NCBI RefSeq assembly: GCF_006345805.1
Contig: NC_042999.1
Span: forward strand, 147,932,001-147,996,000
Direction of reading: 5' to 3'
DNA: 64,000 bases
Origin: Octopus sinensis
Taxonomy: Eukaryota
The notes beneath the pieces are model-generated. The model saw only the letters and a program-made list of their open reading frames with translations. It had not been told where the DNA came from and made no database searches. Position numbers and translations under genes: made by a program. How positions within the stretch are numbered: the first letter of the stretch is position 1; each line of letters begins with the position of its first letter. This document shows positions 41,166-54,459 of this stretch, in pieces.

Positions 41166-41749
41166 TATGCATATATCCATACATATATGTACATACTTAC
41201 ATGTATATGTATATATATATATGCATATATTGGTATAGGACGTCACAAAACGTAAACAACATGAAATACGAAGACGATCTTTTGTATGCGAACAAAGAAA
41301 GAAACAAATAGAAAACAAGATGAGTAGCATAAACAACGACTCTTCAGCAGTTGTTGGTTGTTTATCTACTCCACATTTCGAGCAATTCCCGACAGTATGT
41401 GCCTTCGAGAAAACAGTTGCTCCCACGCACCAAAATAAAATTTGGGAATTGCGGAGGGTCAACAGGACAGTGAAAACAAACTGTGAGGGCGGCGACGCCA
41501 TACGAAGTAAGGTGACGAACGCTGGAGGAACAATATTTGACAGAAGAAAAGATAGGAGAGGAGACAGACAACAATGCTGTTCTTTATGTTACTTGTCTTG
41601 TTTTCCATTTGTTTCACACACAAAAGCTTATCTTTGTATTTCATGTTTTCGTATTTCATGTTGTTTACGTTTTGTGACGTCCTGTACCCATATATGCATA
41701 CCTATGTACATGTACATATAAGTATGTACATATATGTATGAATATATGC

Positions 41750-41799
<50 letters not shown>

Positions 41800-41820
41800 A
41801 TGTATATATATATATATTAT

Positions 41821-41877
<57 letters not shown>

Positions 41878-42020
41878 TGATTGAACGCTACGCGTCCATT
41901 TCTAAGTAAGTTTATCTTAAGAATTTTGATGCGACTTTGTCCTGTACGGTTCTCTCTCTACCCCTTTTTGTTTTCTCTTTTCCTTTCTCCAATTCGTTTT
42001 TCTCCTCTTCACCGTTTTTG

Positions 42021-42054
<34 letters not shown>

Positions 42055-42465
42055 TCCTTTACTTTTCGTTGCTCACATGCGATCATCATCCATCTTTCTT
42101 TTCTCCACATAATCATTATATTTTTCGGTCTGTGTCACAGACCAGACGCATTCTTGTCTGTCTCCTCTCCAATCTTTTCTCCTGACAAAGATAGTTCCTT
42201 CAGTGTTCGCCACCTTACCTTGTATGGCCTATCGGCACTCCCTGTTTGTTTTCTCTGTCCAGTGTTTGTTACCAGCTTTGATCCTCCGCAAATCCCAAAT
42301 TTTATTTTGGTACGCGAGAGCAACTGTTTTCTCGCAGACACATATTGTTGTGAATTGCTCGAAATGTGGAGTAGATAAACAGCCAACAACTGATGAAGGA
42401 TCGTTCTTTGTGTTACTTGTCTTGTTTTCCATTTGTTTCTTTCGTTGTTCGCATACAAAAGTTTG
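41161..42465. mobile_element. Cluster of three copies of a unit of about 300 bp (minus 41280-41575, partial plus 41581-41760, plus 42150-42463), pLTR-like
   Basis: Direct and inverted identity is readable by eye (e.g. GACGTCACAAAACGTAAACAACATGAAATACGAA and CTCGAAATGTGGAGTAGATAAAC). Flanked by (TA)n. Confidence 0.7.
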
Positions 42466-42499
42466 CTCCTGCTGTGGCTTCCAGTGACACTGCACAACG

Positions 42500-42960
42500 C
42501 ATTGAGCAGGTGCAAGAACCGTACATTTCATGTTTGTGCTGCTTCTAGTTCTCACATAACTTGAACATCTTTTGTACAACATCAAGAGCTCGTCTAAATG
42601 AAAGTTTCTACAATGATGCAAGTTTATCATCTTCTATGAAGCAACCATCAGCAATAAAAGAATTACACTGGGCAACTAATTCTAACTTTTTGTCTCTTGA
42701 CCTAATTTTGAGACCCGTTTTAGGGTAATTTGGGGTCACTGAGTTTTAAAATGGCAATATTTTTTATGGGTTTTTTTTCTATCACGTTGATCTTTATTTA
42801 TGAGCTAGTCCATATTGGCCCCACCCGTTGCTCCATGTTTCAGAAATTTCTCGACGTATATTTCGTAGAGTACGTAAGCTGTAAGAGTCTCAATGTCAGT
42901 TTGGCGTTCAATGAGTGAGGTTGTGACGCTCTGTAGGCCTAGTATTTGTACCTGTGTAGA
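42500..42960 (-). pseudogene. Possible degenerate PLE C-terminal fragment
   Basis: Weak traces LRLLQLTYST..SRNF and RISCPV resembling PLE LSYS..RN / CNC..CPL. Confidence 0.3.
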
Positions 42961-43072
42961 GCTGTGCTACCTAACAACTGCGGGCTCGAACGCTCGGTCG
43001 TCTTAATCTGCGTTGTTAATCTCTTCTTACTATCAACAAACGTACAAAAGATATCCTTTCGATGAACATGCT

Positions 43073-43192
43073 CCTAATCTCGGAGAGGTGAGCGACGAGT
43101 ATGGTGAGCGTTTTTATTAAGCAATCAAGATTATGGAGGAGAGATATCAAGACCGATGGGACTTTTGGAGTATCCAAAGAGATTGTGTAGAT
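43073..43192 (+). pseudogene. Chapaev3-like (CMC superfamily) transposase C-terminal fragment
   Basis: PNLGEVSDEYGERFY*AIKIMEERYQDRWD-FWSIQRD matches the NLGAVSDEQGERFHQDI..ME.RYQGRW...CW.L.RD motif. Confidence 0.7.
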
Positions 43193-43507
43193 ATGTAACA
43201 CTCCAGACACTCACGCAAGTGAAAATTTGTTCCATGAATATGAAGATAAATGTATGATGGTTTATGTTTTATCCATCATATTTGAGAATTAATAGTAGGT
43301 ATTTAGTAAAAGGTGATGCTAGCAAACATTTCATTTATGATTTCGTATTCTATTCACATCATAACTTACGGTTTGAAGCTATAAGATTTAGTAAACTATT
43401 CTGACCAAGTAAATTATCTATAGAGTATGTCATAAAATAGGAATAAGATTTAGAATGAAAACTTGATGTGTTAGAAAAATAATGGATGCAATATCTGAAA
43501 AAAGCAA

Positions 43508-43935
43508 CGCGGTGAGCTGAAATGTTAGCACGGGCGAAATGCTTAGCGGTATTTCATCTGTCGCTATGTTCTGAGTTCAAATTTCGCCGAGGTCGACTTT
43601 GCCTTTCATCCTTTCGGCGTCGATTAAATAAGTACCAGTTACGCACTGGAGTCGATATAATCGACTTAATCCTTTTGTCTGTCCTTGTTTAGGACAGACA
43701 ATGTTTAGCCCCTTGTGGACATTAAAGAAATGAGAAACGTTACCATGCAAAGCGAAATGCTTAGCGGTTTTTCGTCTGACTTTACGTTCTGGGTTCAAAT
43801 TCTAAAGAGGTCGACTTTGACTTTCAACATTTCAGGATCGATAAATTAAGTACCAGTTGCGTACTGGGGCCGATCTAATCGACTGACACCACTCCTGAAA
43901 AATTTCGGGCCTTGTGCGTAGAGTAGAAAAGAATA
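43508..43935 (+). mobile_element. Dimeric SINE family A
   Basis: Two successive GTCGACTTTG...AAGTACCAG cores. Confidence 0.85.
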
Positions 43936-44619
43936 TATGTAATAAGCATCTCAAAATTAGCTAAAAACAGCCAGAAAACCGAAATCAGTGTTATTGAATC
44001 CTTGAATATTAAACAATGTCGGATCCTTAAATCGTGCCGTATATTATCGGTGAGTTACCCTCGCCCACGTCGTCATCGAGGTCGTTGGCGTAGTTATTGT
44101 TGTTGTTCTTGCTGCTACTGCTGCTTCTGCTGCTGCTGCTGCTGATGATGATGATGATGTTGTTGTTGTTGTTGTTGAAGTAGGTATTGTTATTTGCTCA
44201 CAAGGGAACACCGAATTAGCAGATCTATGATGAATGCAGTTCCAGAGGGATTCCTTCTCCTTGTTTTGAGAGTATCTAGTATTGCTCTTAAAAATGTGTA
44301 ATTACTGCTTTCGAAACAATGGGCTCTGAAGGGAAAAATTTTGGTTATAATCTCCAACACTAACCAAGTAAAAAACACACGCGAGCACACACACATACAC
44401 ACACACATACACACACACACACACATACACACGCAAACACACACACACGAACACACAATTACACTTATACTTCCTGTTTTCGCAAACAAGGATAGTGGGT
44501 AGCATGTACCACACCTTTGCTATTTGGTTGAAGTTTATCGTATTGATGAGTAGCCATAAATAGCCTCTCGGTATTCCCACCCTTGATCCAGTAGAATAAC
44601 CAGGACGTGACAGCTGGAG

Positions 44620-44621
44620 GA

Positions 44622-44656
<35 letters not shown>

Positions 44657-44709
44657 TAGACAGACAGACAGACAGAGACAGACACAGAGACACAGAGACA
44701 CAGAGACAC

Positions 44710-44741
<32 letters not shown>

Positions 44742-44888
44742 AGAGACAGAGAGACAGACACAGACACAGAGACAGAGACACAGAGAGAGAGAGAGAGACA
44801 GAGAGAGAGAAAGAGACAGAGAGACACAGAGACAGACACAGACACAGAGACACAGAGAGAGAGACAGACAGACAGAGAGACAGAGAGA

Positions 44889-44935
<47 letters not shown>
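44620..44935. repeat. (GA)n/(GACA)n/(GAGACA)n compound microsatellite
   Basis: Direct reading. Confidence 0.95.
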
Positions 44936-45209
44936 ACACAAGAATTAGGCCGGAACTCATCTTAGTGAAATAAAGGACCAACGTATCGGCTGGGATGGGA
45001 ACCCACAACCTCATAGCTGTGAGCTTACACTTTAGGCACGTTCATGTCAAATAGGGAGCTTCAAATTGTTCGAGCCACAGCAAACTGAATATGACGCTAA
45101 ACGTTTTGAAGAGAATTATTATACAAACGAGTGTTGGACTTGAAAACATGTATAATGTAATACATTCCAGAAACATAGATTCCAGTATAAAAATGGGATT
45201 ATCATAGAA

Positions 45210-45585
45210 CTAGCAGTATCGCCCGGCATTGCTCGGGTTTGTTTCAACCCTTTTTGAAATTGGAATTTTTGAAAAGTAAAAATTTTGTTATTCTCTTTAA
45301 GTGGACATTTTTCTGGTTGAAATACACCGGAAAATGGCGACACAGCAGTAAAAAAAAATCGTAAAAAAAGGTATTTTCATAGAAAAAAAGCACCTTTTGA
45401 TGTAAATAATTTTTGGTGTTAACATCGTCCAATTTGAATTTTTTCTTCTACGAAAGGAAGAGCAAGGCTTCTTCTATCATACTCTCAATTTTGGTCAACT
45501 TGCACCGCAGGGTCTCGGAGGGGATAATGTTAGTTGAAGGCTACCAAACCTGCCATACACAGACAACTTCAGCTTTAGAGAGAGA
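45210..45585 (-). mobile_element. Complete short non-autonomous Helitron
   Basis: The minus strand starts TC(TCTCTCTAAAGCTGAAG) after an A. It ends with hairpin CCCGAGCAATGCCGGG then CTAG followed by T. The 3' end is shared with the element at 62616. Confidence 0.8.
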
Positions 45586-47300
45586 TTAGGGGAGAAGAGT
45601 AACCTCGTATGAATCTAATCGCTAAATGTCTCGTGTTTAACGTGTTTAAACAGTTCCATTTATAAAAACGCAAAGAATACAGAAAATGGAGTCTTGCACA
45701 TTATAAGGTTGATGTTACTTTGTTGAAGCGTTAGATGTGTATGGGATGTGATAATCAGTTATTGAAACTGGAATGATAGCAATACCATAACCTTATAAAA
45801 AAGAATGATGAGGTAATGCAAGGTAGATAACTGTATTCATGGTAAACAACTCTACACATAAAATTGAGCTGACAAGGTACATAACTCTTAATGTATTTAA
45901 TATATATTTATTCAAGTGGGGATAAATATTATCTCTTAATTTGTATTCGTTTTGTGTCAAAAATTGCAATATTTAATGCGATAAAATCTGCATCGGTTCA
46001 AAAGAAACACATACTGGTTTCTAAATATACTTACAATTGACATGGACTTGCTAATAAATATAAACAATATCAGTTATTTTATATCGTTTCTGTTTTTTAA
46101 ATATTTCTCTCTCTCTCTTTCATATTTTTTTTCTTTTTTTTCTTTCTGTTTTTCCTTTTGCACTGGTAACTTGTTGCTAAATTTGTCACTATCAATTGAA
46201 TCACTCTCCGATATATTATTGATGCTCATTTTTATCGACTCTCGGTGCTCGAAGAATACTTTGACACCAGTGAGGTTTGAAATGAAAGCATATAGATGTA
46301 ACTAGTTTGCAAAGCAATTTACACAGTGCTGCACCCATATGACGACAGCTGCCACAACATCAATTATAATTGTTTAATAACATTGCGTACAAGTTGCATT
46401 GAATTGTCCTTTAGCCTTGAAAGTAAACGGTTGAGTCAATGCGGAAGAATATTCATCAGAATGGAGAGAGTCTTAACTAAACAACACCATTTTTGTTTTG
46501 CCATCCATAAATCAGTTTATTACGTGGAGAAGAATTAACAGTGTAATGGGCTAAATATTTAGTTACCTCATAAAAACATGCCCCTCACTGCTTTCTGTGT
46601 ATAATTATTTATCTATATATAATTATTTATCTATGTATCTATATATCTATTTAATTGCTTATTTATCGACTTATTTATATATTTATTTACTCACTTAATA
46701 ATGTATTTATTTAATTATCTATTTAGTTATCTATTTATTGATTTTTTTATTGGTTTATTTACTTACTTCTCCTTTCATCTTTTTAGGGATCGGTAAACAA
46801 AAAACAAGAATAGCACTGGCACCGGTATTGATTTAATCGAATGTTACTGTTAGGAAATGGGTGATTTTGTGCCTTTGTTTGCAAACCATTTGTGCCTATG
46901 CTACAAACTATTTGCATAATTTATTCCGCTACTTTAACTTCTGACTTCAAATCCCGCCATGGTTAAATTTCCCTGTCACCTTCTCAGAGAAGATACACTC
47001 ATTGACAAATGCTGGTATTGATGTAATCGACTAGGCATAACATTTCAAAATTGCGGGTCTCATGCCTAAATAATAAAACTGCATTTGTTATTTGTGAGGA
47101 ACGATAACAAGTGCAACTGCTAAAACATCAGACCTACTATCATGTGTTATTTAATTATGTTCCTCGATAGACTTAGATCAAATAATCCCGGAGTTGCCTT
47201 TGTCTCCCAGACATCCCTAACCAGGAACTAGAATCGGTTTGTCTAAACCCATTCCTCTGATGTATGGACATCTGGCAGATAATCTCCCGGATTATACAAT

Positions 47301-47701
47301 ATTCTCTTCTACTCTAGGCGCAAGGCCCTAAATTTTGGGGGAAGTGGGTTAGTCGATTAGATCGACCCAGTATCCAACAGGTACTTAATTTATTGACCGC
47401 GAAATGATGAAAGGCAAAGTCGACCTGGGTGGAATTTAAAATCAGAACATAAAGACAGACGAAATACCTATTTCTTTACTATCCACAAGGGGCTAAACAC
47501 AGAGAGGACAAACAAGGACAGACATACGGATTAGGTCGATTATATCGACCCCAGTGCGTAACTGGTACTTAGTTTATCGACCGCGAAAGGATGAAAAGCA
47601 AAGTCGACCTTGGAGGAATTTGAAATCAGAACGTAAAGACAGACGAAATACCGCAAAGCATTTCGCCTGGTGTGCTATGGTTTCTTCCAGCTCGCCGCCT
47701 T
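47301..47701 (-). mobile_element. Dimeric SINE family A with 14-bp target-site duplication
   Basis: Flanked by CCGGATTATACAAT at 47287-47300 and 47702-47715. Confidence 0.9.
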
Positions 47702-47951
47702 CCGGATTATACAATGTTATAGCACATTATTTTTCTGCATTCAAGTGAGGCATAAAAGCGTCAGACATAATGCTATCCAGTATTTGCGTTCTATCTAGAA
47801 ACCACACCCAGGTCAACATTCACATTCATTTAGAGGGAAAAGGTCGATAGAATAATACGCCAGTCAGGAACTGAGTTCGATTCAGTTGATCTTTCCTCTG
47901 AATTTCAGACTCGTGGTTTTATAAACAAGTATTGTTATTTTATATTTTACA

Positions 47952-48590
47952 AGGCGGCGAGCAGGCAGAAACGTTAGCACGCCGGGCGAAATGCGTAGCC
48001 GTATTTTGTCTGCCGCTACGTTCTGAGTTCAAATTCCTTCAAGGTCGACTTTGCCTTTCATCCTTTCGGGGTCGATTAAATAAGTACCAGTTACGCACTG
48101 GGGTCGATGTAATCGACTTAATCCCTTTGTCTGTCCTTGTTTGATCTCTCTGTATTTAGCCCCTTGTGGGTAGTAAAGAAATAGGTATTTCGTCCGTCTT
48201 TACGTTCTAAGTTCAAATTCTGCCGAGGCCGACTTTCCCTTTCATCCATTCGGGGTCAATTATATAAGTACCAGTTACACACTGGAGTCGATATAATCGA
48301 CTTAATCACCTCCCCCATGCACAAGCTACCCTTGTGGCAAAAATTTGAAATCGTATTTATTTTATATTCCATTAGGGTGGTGAACTGCCAGAATCGTTAG
48401 CACGCCGCGGGGAAAATGTTTAGCGGCATTTCGTCCATCCTTACGTTCTGAGTTCAAATTCCGCTGAGATCGACTCTACCTTTCATTCTTTCGGGGTTGA
48501 TGAAAAAAGCACCAGTCGAGTACTGTGGTCAATGTAATTGACAACCCCCCGACGCACTAATTTCAGGTCTTGTGTCTATAGTAGAGAATA
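47952..48590 (+). mobile_element. Array of SINE family A copies
   Basis: Three cores, with TTATTTTATATT repeated before, between and after. Confidence 0.85.
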
Positions 48591-48789
48591 AAAGATTATT
48601 TTATATTCTATTGAATATCATCATCACGTTGTCTGCATCTGAAGTAAGGGGGATACCTTATATTGTGGTTGCATAATAAGTATTTATGCAATCACAATGT
48701 CACACAGAATCATCTGCAACTAGCTTCGAAAATTAGCGAGAAATGTACTGGCTACTGATTGATAAGCTAGTAATTATGGATGACTTCAG

Positions 48790-48960
48790 GAGTTAGTCAA
48801 TTTCATTGACCACAGTGTTTCACTGGTACTTCATTTATTGATCCAGGAAGGTGAAAGGCAATGTCGACCTCTGCAGAATTTGAACTCAGAACGTAACGGC
48901 AGACGAAATACTGCTAAGTATTTAGTCCACACGCTAATGATTCTGTCACCTCGTTACCTT
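48790..48960 (-). mobile_element. Degenerate SINE family A followed by (AAC/AAT/GAT)n
   Basis: CTGGTACTT...GAAAGGCAATGTCGACCTC...GAACTCAGAACGTA. Confidence 0.75.
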
Positions 48961-48973
48961 AACAACAACAACA

Positions 48974-49028
<55 letters not shown>

Positions 49029-49029
49029 C

Positions 49030-49074
<45 letters not shown>

Positions 49075-49399
49075 ATGCAATACCAGGCACTGGCTTTCAT
49101 GGCTTCTGGTCTTAACTGATTGGAGATGTTATCGTATACATGTTTTGTCTTGGTATAAAAAGATGGACTAGAGTAAATATTCTGCTCGATACCACAGATT
49201 TGCCAGTCAGTTGCGTGACCTTAGCCAGTTGAGCATATCCCTTAGTGGTTAATGATATGTGCAGCTCTGATCCCGAGCAGGAGTAGTGGGGGAGTGTCAT
49301 AGCCACGTGATGAGAAGAATACTTTGGGGTCTGAATAATTCATCTTTGGAAACATGGTTGTTCGTTCAACATCCTTAAACAACCCTTAATTATATAGAT

Positions 49400-49883
49400 A
49401 CGTGTTCACAGAGATTGTAATCGCTCAAAACCATCGATCGAGAATTCCTTATAACTCATGTTCCAATTTCAACTATTTCCGTTGGTTCTTCAGTAAGGAC
49501 TACTCGTTCGGCTGATACCGCGCTTAATTCTCTATCAACATATATGCATTCACCATTTATGGATAATTTAGAGATTTGCTAATATGTAAACAAAAATGAT
49601 TATAAATAGCCATGGGCAATGTGTTACCATAAATAAAAAATATGTTACTAAATGCGAAGATGTCAGAGCAACTCCATTGCTAGAAATAAGAAATAAAATG
49701 CTCTAATATTGTAGGGAAAACACATAATTGTATGCATATATGTTCACAGGCAATGTGAGAATATTGCCCAGAATATTGACCGAGAATTCCTTATACTAAA
49801 ATTTCACTTTCGGCTATTTCAATATCTTCGGCAGTAAGGACAGCCCGTTCGGCTAATTCCGGGCTTAATTCTCTCTCAGCATA
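49400..49883 (-). repeat. Diverged tandem repeat (period 342 bp) with a hammerhead-like motif in each unit
   Basis: CCUUA-CUGAAGA...GAAA...UUA-UAAGG (49447-49498) and CCUUA-CUGCCGA...GAAA...GUA-UAAGG (49789-49839). Confidence 0.6.
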
Positions 49884-51620
49884 CGAGGGGGTACCCAAAA
49901 GAAACCGGAATTTTGCAATTCTATTCATTTAGAAGGCGGCGAGCTGGCAGAAACGTTAGAATACTTAGCGGCATTTCGTCTGCCGCTACGTTCTGAGTTC
50001 AAATTCCACCGAGGTCGACTGAGCCTTTCATCCTTTCGGGTTCGATTAAATAAGTACTAGTTACACACTGGAATCGATATAATCGATTTAATCCGTTTGT
50101 CTTTCCTTGTTTGCCCCCTCTGTGTGTAGCCCCTGGTGGGCAGTAAAGAAATAAGAAACGTTAGCACGCAAGGCGAAATGCTGAGCGGTATTTCGTGTAT
50201 TTACGTTCTGAGTTCAGATTACGCTGATGTCGATAAATTAAGTACCAATCGCGTACTGGAGGTCGAGATAATCGACTGGCCTCCTCCCCCAAAATTTGGG
50301 GCCTTGCGCCAAGAGTAGAAAAGAATATTAATTTAGAAGGCGGTGAGCTGGCAGAAACGTTAGCATACCGAGCGAACTGCTTAGCCGTATTTCGTCTGCT
50401 GCTACGTTCTGAGTTCAAATTCTGCCGTGGTTGACTTTAGTTTTCATTGTTTCGGGGTCGATGAAATAAGTACCAGTTACGGACTGGAGTTAATATAATC
50501 GACTTGTGCTCTCCCCCAAAATTTCAAGATCTTGTGCCCAGATTAGAAATAATTATCTTATTTACTTAGTTTTACATGTTTACACTTTTGCCGCCTTCAA
50601 AGTATTCTCCATTTGAAGCAGCACGTCGGGCCAGGCGAATTTTACACTGTTCGAAGTAGTCCTGAAACTCTTGCGAAGTGATACCTTTTAACGCTTCCGT
50701 CGTTATTATCATTATTATTTTATTTTTTTTGTATCTCTTCCACATCTGCAAAACGTTTTCCTTTAAGGTCTTTTTTTTTCATTCAGGGGAACAAAAAATA
50801 TCGCAGGTTGCAAAATCGGGTGAATAGGAAGGGTGGGTAAGCGCGGTCATGCCATTTTTGTTTAAAAGCTATCTCATACTCAAGGCGGTGTTCACAGGTA
50901 CATTGTCGTGATGAAATCACCACTCTCCACTTTGTCACAGGTTGAGGTGTTTTCGTATCACTGCGTCTCGCAAATGCTTCAGAACTGCCATGTAAAATAT
51001 CTGATTAAAGTTTGACCAGGAGGTACAAATTCTGTGTGCACAATTCCTTTCGCTTCGATGAAACAAATCAGCATTGTATCGACATTGGGCTTCACTTGAC
51101 ACACTTTGGTGGGACGTGGTTACAGCAGATACTTCCATTGACTTGATTGCTGCTTCGTTTCCGGGTCGTAGCCGTTGCACCAGCTTTCGTCACCAGTGAT
51201 GACCATTGAAAGTTCCGGATCAAATTCCAACTGTTCTTTCAGTTTACGACACGCATTCAGTCGAAACTTTTTTTGATCTTCCGCGAGAAAGCGAGGCACA
51301 AATTTTGCTGAAACTCTTTTTATTCACAATTCCTCGCTCTCAAAATTCGTTGGCAGGAGCTCCAGAACACACCAGTCATATAAACAAGGTCATCAATTAT
51401 CCGACAGTCGTCCTCCAAGATCAGTTTTTTCATTCATTCAAGAGGTCGACGGTTGCCCTGAGCGAGGTTGGTCATCAAGCGACAAGTGACCATTGCCAAA
51501 GCTCAAAAGTCACTCATAAACTTGTGTTTTGCTCATGCCAGCGGCTTTGTAAGTTGTTTTGAGCATGACAACTATATCAGCCGCCATTTTCCCCAGCAGA
51601 AAACAGAATTTCACTGAAAG
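49884..51620 (-). mobile_element. Mariner transposon remnant interrupted by SINE family A array (about 49933-50550)
   Basis: TA|CGAGGGGGTACCCAAAAG TIR. The minus strand encodes VITGDESWCNGYDPETKQQSSQWK, FLFP*MKK.LKGKRFADVEE and ASNGEYFEG. Confidence 0.85.
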
Positions 51621-51714
51621 GAAGGCTAGGAGAGGAAGAGAGGGAGACGAGAATAAGAGAAATGCACACACATGCAGATACATTCAGTCAGACACACAGA
51701 CAGACATACAGACC

Positions 51715-51731
51715 GATAGATAGATAGATAT

Positions 51732-51802
<71 letters not shown>

Positions 51803-51844
51803 CATACATACATACATACATACATACATACATACATACATACA

Positions 51845-51872
<28 letters not shown>
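51715..51872. repeat. (GATA)n(TACA)n microsatellite
   Basis: Direct reading. Confidence 0.95.
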
Positions 51873-51875
<3 letters not shown>

Positions 51876-53039
51876 TGTTTATGTTCATATACGTCTTTGT
51901 TCGTCTTTGGGTGTGTATGACAACTTTACCCATTGAATATTTCCACATTTTAACGCAATTAAAACTTAACATGATATTTAAAAATAGAATATCTTACACT
52001 TGATTTGAAAGCTTTTCATGCCTTTGTTGTTTTTCTTTTTTTTAATAGGTGCGCTTTGTAATGACTAATACAATTTCACTCATGCTTTAAGAATAATTTC
52101 AATAGGACTTTGCCAAAATGACACTCCTAACGTGAAACATAGTTAGATCTCTTGCACAGGAAAAGGATTTTGCAACAGGTAAACTCTTAACAAATATACT
52201 TGAAGTTTAATGTAAATCATTAAAAATGTTTTCCACGCCATTTGTAAATTTGGGTCAACACACCCCCACCTAGAACTTTCAAATTCGTCACTAGTCAGGC
52301 TTTGTTGTCAATGGTTAAAATAGAAAATAAAACTGTGTAGCAACACACTATAATAAAGCAAATAGATCTCGGTTTCAACAATGAGTACTGAGGTATTCCT
52401 TCAACTGAACTACCTGCTTGTTGTATTGGTTGAATATTCCGGAGACAGATATACCCATAATATAACCTTCAGGGAGATTCTGTGCGATAGTTTGTGACAA
52501 GGTTGACACTCAAAATAAAGATAAAATCCATCCGACATATTTGCACATTTTATCAGCCACTGACTATCACTCTGATATTTTGGGTCAACTACCGTAAAAT
52601 AAGTCCAAGATACATGCATCGAATGCGGGGCGTTGTGATTGTAGCCATGCATCCACATACGCTCACTCACACACACACACACACACACATTCACGCACAC
52701 ACAGGCACGCACGCACACACACTCACTCATTCACTCACATTTTCACATCCTCACAAACACGTATAAGCCTATAGGATATTATTCGCACAGATTCTGAACT
52801 ATATTTACAGAGAATTTAATTCATTCAAATTTTCCATTCTCACATCAGTACCAAGGTATAATATTTCCGTTGATGTAAGTGTAATATCTTGTGTGTTTAC
52901 ACATTATTCTTTTTGTTTTACCATTCATAATATATCTAGTACACTTAAGTCTTCTCCTCACTGTTTTTGTTTTTTCTTCTTTCACCATTATCAACTCTTG
53001 TAAACTTCACAACACAATTTCGAAAATACTCAGCAAAAT

Positions 53040-53512
53040 GTCGAATTAGAATGGAGCAAGCAGAAAATATGAATGAAACCAGCTCACATGGTGAACAAAT
53101 CACAGTAAAAAAGTAAAGAATATTACTAGACTTAATTACTGGGAACGTCTAAAAGCTCTTCATTTCTATTCTCTTGAACGCTGAAGGGAGAGTTATACTA
53201 ACATATACATATGGAAAATCCTGCAGAGGTATGTTCCAAATGTCGGCATTACAGAGATATTTAATGCACGAACTGGCAGATACTGTCGGCTTCCAAATAC
53301 AACACTCCATTTTATTAGTCAAGTATTTAGAACTCAACTGTTTCAATTGCTTACCTAAAGAAATCTTAAGTATAAAAGGAACATTCAAAGGAACATTGGA
53401 TAAACTTCTAACGATGATACCAGACCAGTCAAATATTCAAGGATACACTCAGGGAAGATCAGATTCTACAAACTTCATCATGGACCAATTTCCTGCCATA
53501 AAGCGGCTATAA
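53040..53512 (+). pseudogene. CR1-like LINE ORF2 C-terminal fragment
   Basis: LDLNYWERLKALHFYSLER, WKILQ, FNCLPKEI..FKGTLDKLL..IPDQ...GY. Confidence 0.75.
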
Positions 53513-53589
53513 ACTCGAAAGAAGTACGTAATAATTGAATAATATTGCACACTTATCTATGCACACTTATCTATGCCAAATTGAAGCGT

Positions 53590-53985
53590 CTTTAGAATCT
53601 GTATTAAGGAATCTATATTTTTTTTTTACTGAAAAGCTTCAGGTCATCCATGTAGAACAACTGGTTAATTTTTCGCTTACTATTTCTGAATTGATACCCT
53701 ACCATTACCTTCCTTAATAATAAATTGAGGTGGGTGGGGGATCAAAAGTAAGACAAATATTAAAGAGGATAACGAGTCCCTTTAGAAAATACTCCTCTTA
53801 TTATTAACTTTGCATAAGACTGTGTCACCTGAGTAGAGTTCTACTTTCCATTTCTTCACACTAAAGCTAAGTAATTCTTTTTTGTTGTCTGCTATACTGA
53901 ATATACTCAAACCTTTACTTATCCATGAGTGTGGGATCATGTCGTAGGTTCTCCTATAATATATCCATAATATATCCATATATAC
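53590..53985 (-). pseudogene. R4/Dong-clade RT fragment
   Basis: WIYYRRTYDMIPHSW...KRSIF*GDSLS and INQLFYMDDLKLF. Confidence 0.8.
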
Positions 53986-53989
53986 TTAG

Positions 53990-54250
53990 TTTTGGCACAA
54001 AGTATTTTCAGTTTGAAAAATTTTCCCGCTGTCTTCTATCTTATATAAACCTTTTCTGCACAACCTTCGAAGGCTATTGGAAATACAGTGCAAAGAAGGT
54101 AGGAGCAGGAATACCACTCTGTTTAACACCATTTCCTATAGAAACGGGATCTGATAAGGCTACCTCCAACATTAATTCTCACCTCCATCTCGTCATGAAA
54201 TGTTCCAAACATTCTCATAAAATTTTTAGGGCAGTCCAGCTTGTGGGTGT
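53990..54250 (-). pseudogene. RTE (BovB-like) RT fragment
   Basis: FHDEMEVRINVGG, GNGVKQ, IPAPTFFALYF, VYIR..TAGKFF.L..L.AKTK. Confidence 0.7.
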
Positions 54251-54459
54251 CCACCGTGCAGAGGCGTGTCTGTTTGCTTGTGAGTTAACGTATGTGCTGG
54301 TCAAACTCTTTGTCGGACTCCAAGGAATCGGTGGCGGGACAAAATTGGGGAACTGGGAATTATAGTCATGATGGGATACACAGGTATGATAGGATGCTGA
54401 GAAGCAAATGATTTTAAAGATCTCCCAGCACCCAGGCATTTCCTTGAATAGGAAATGCC

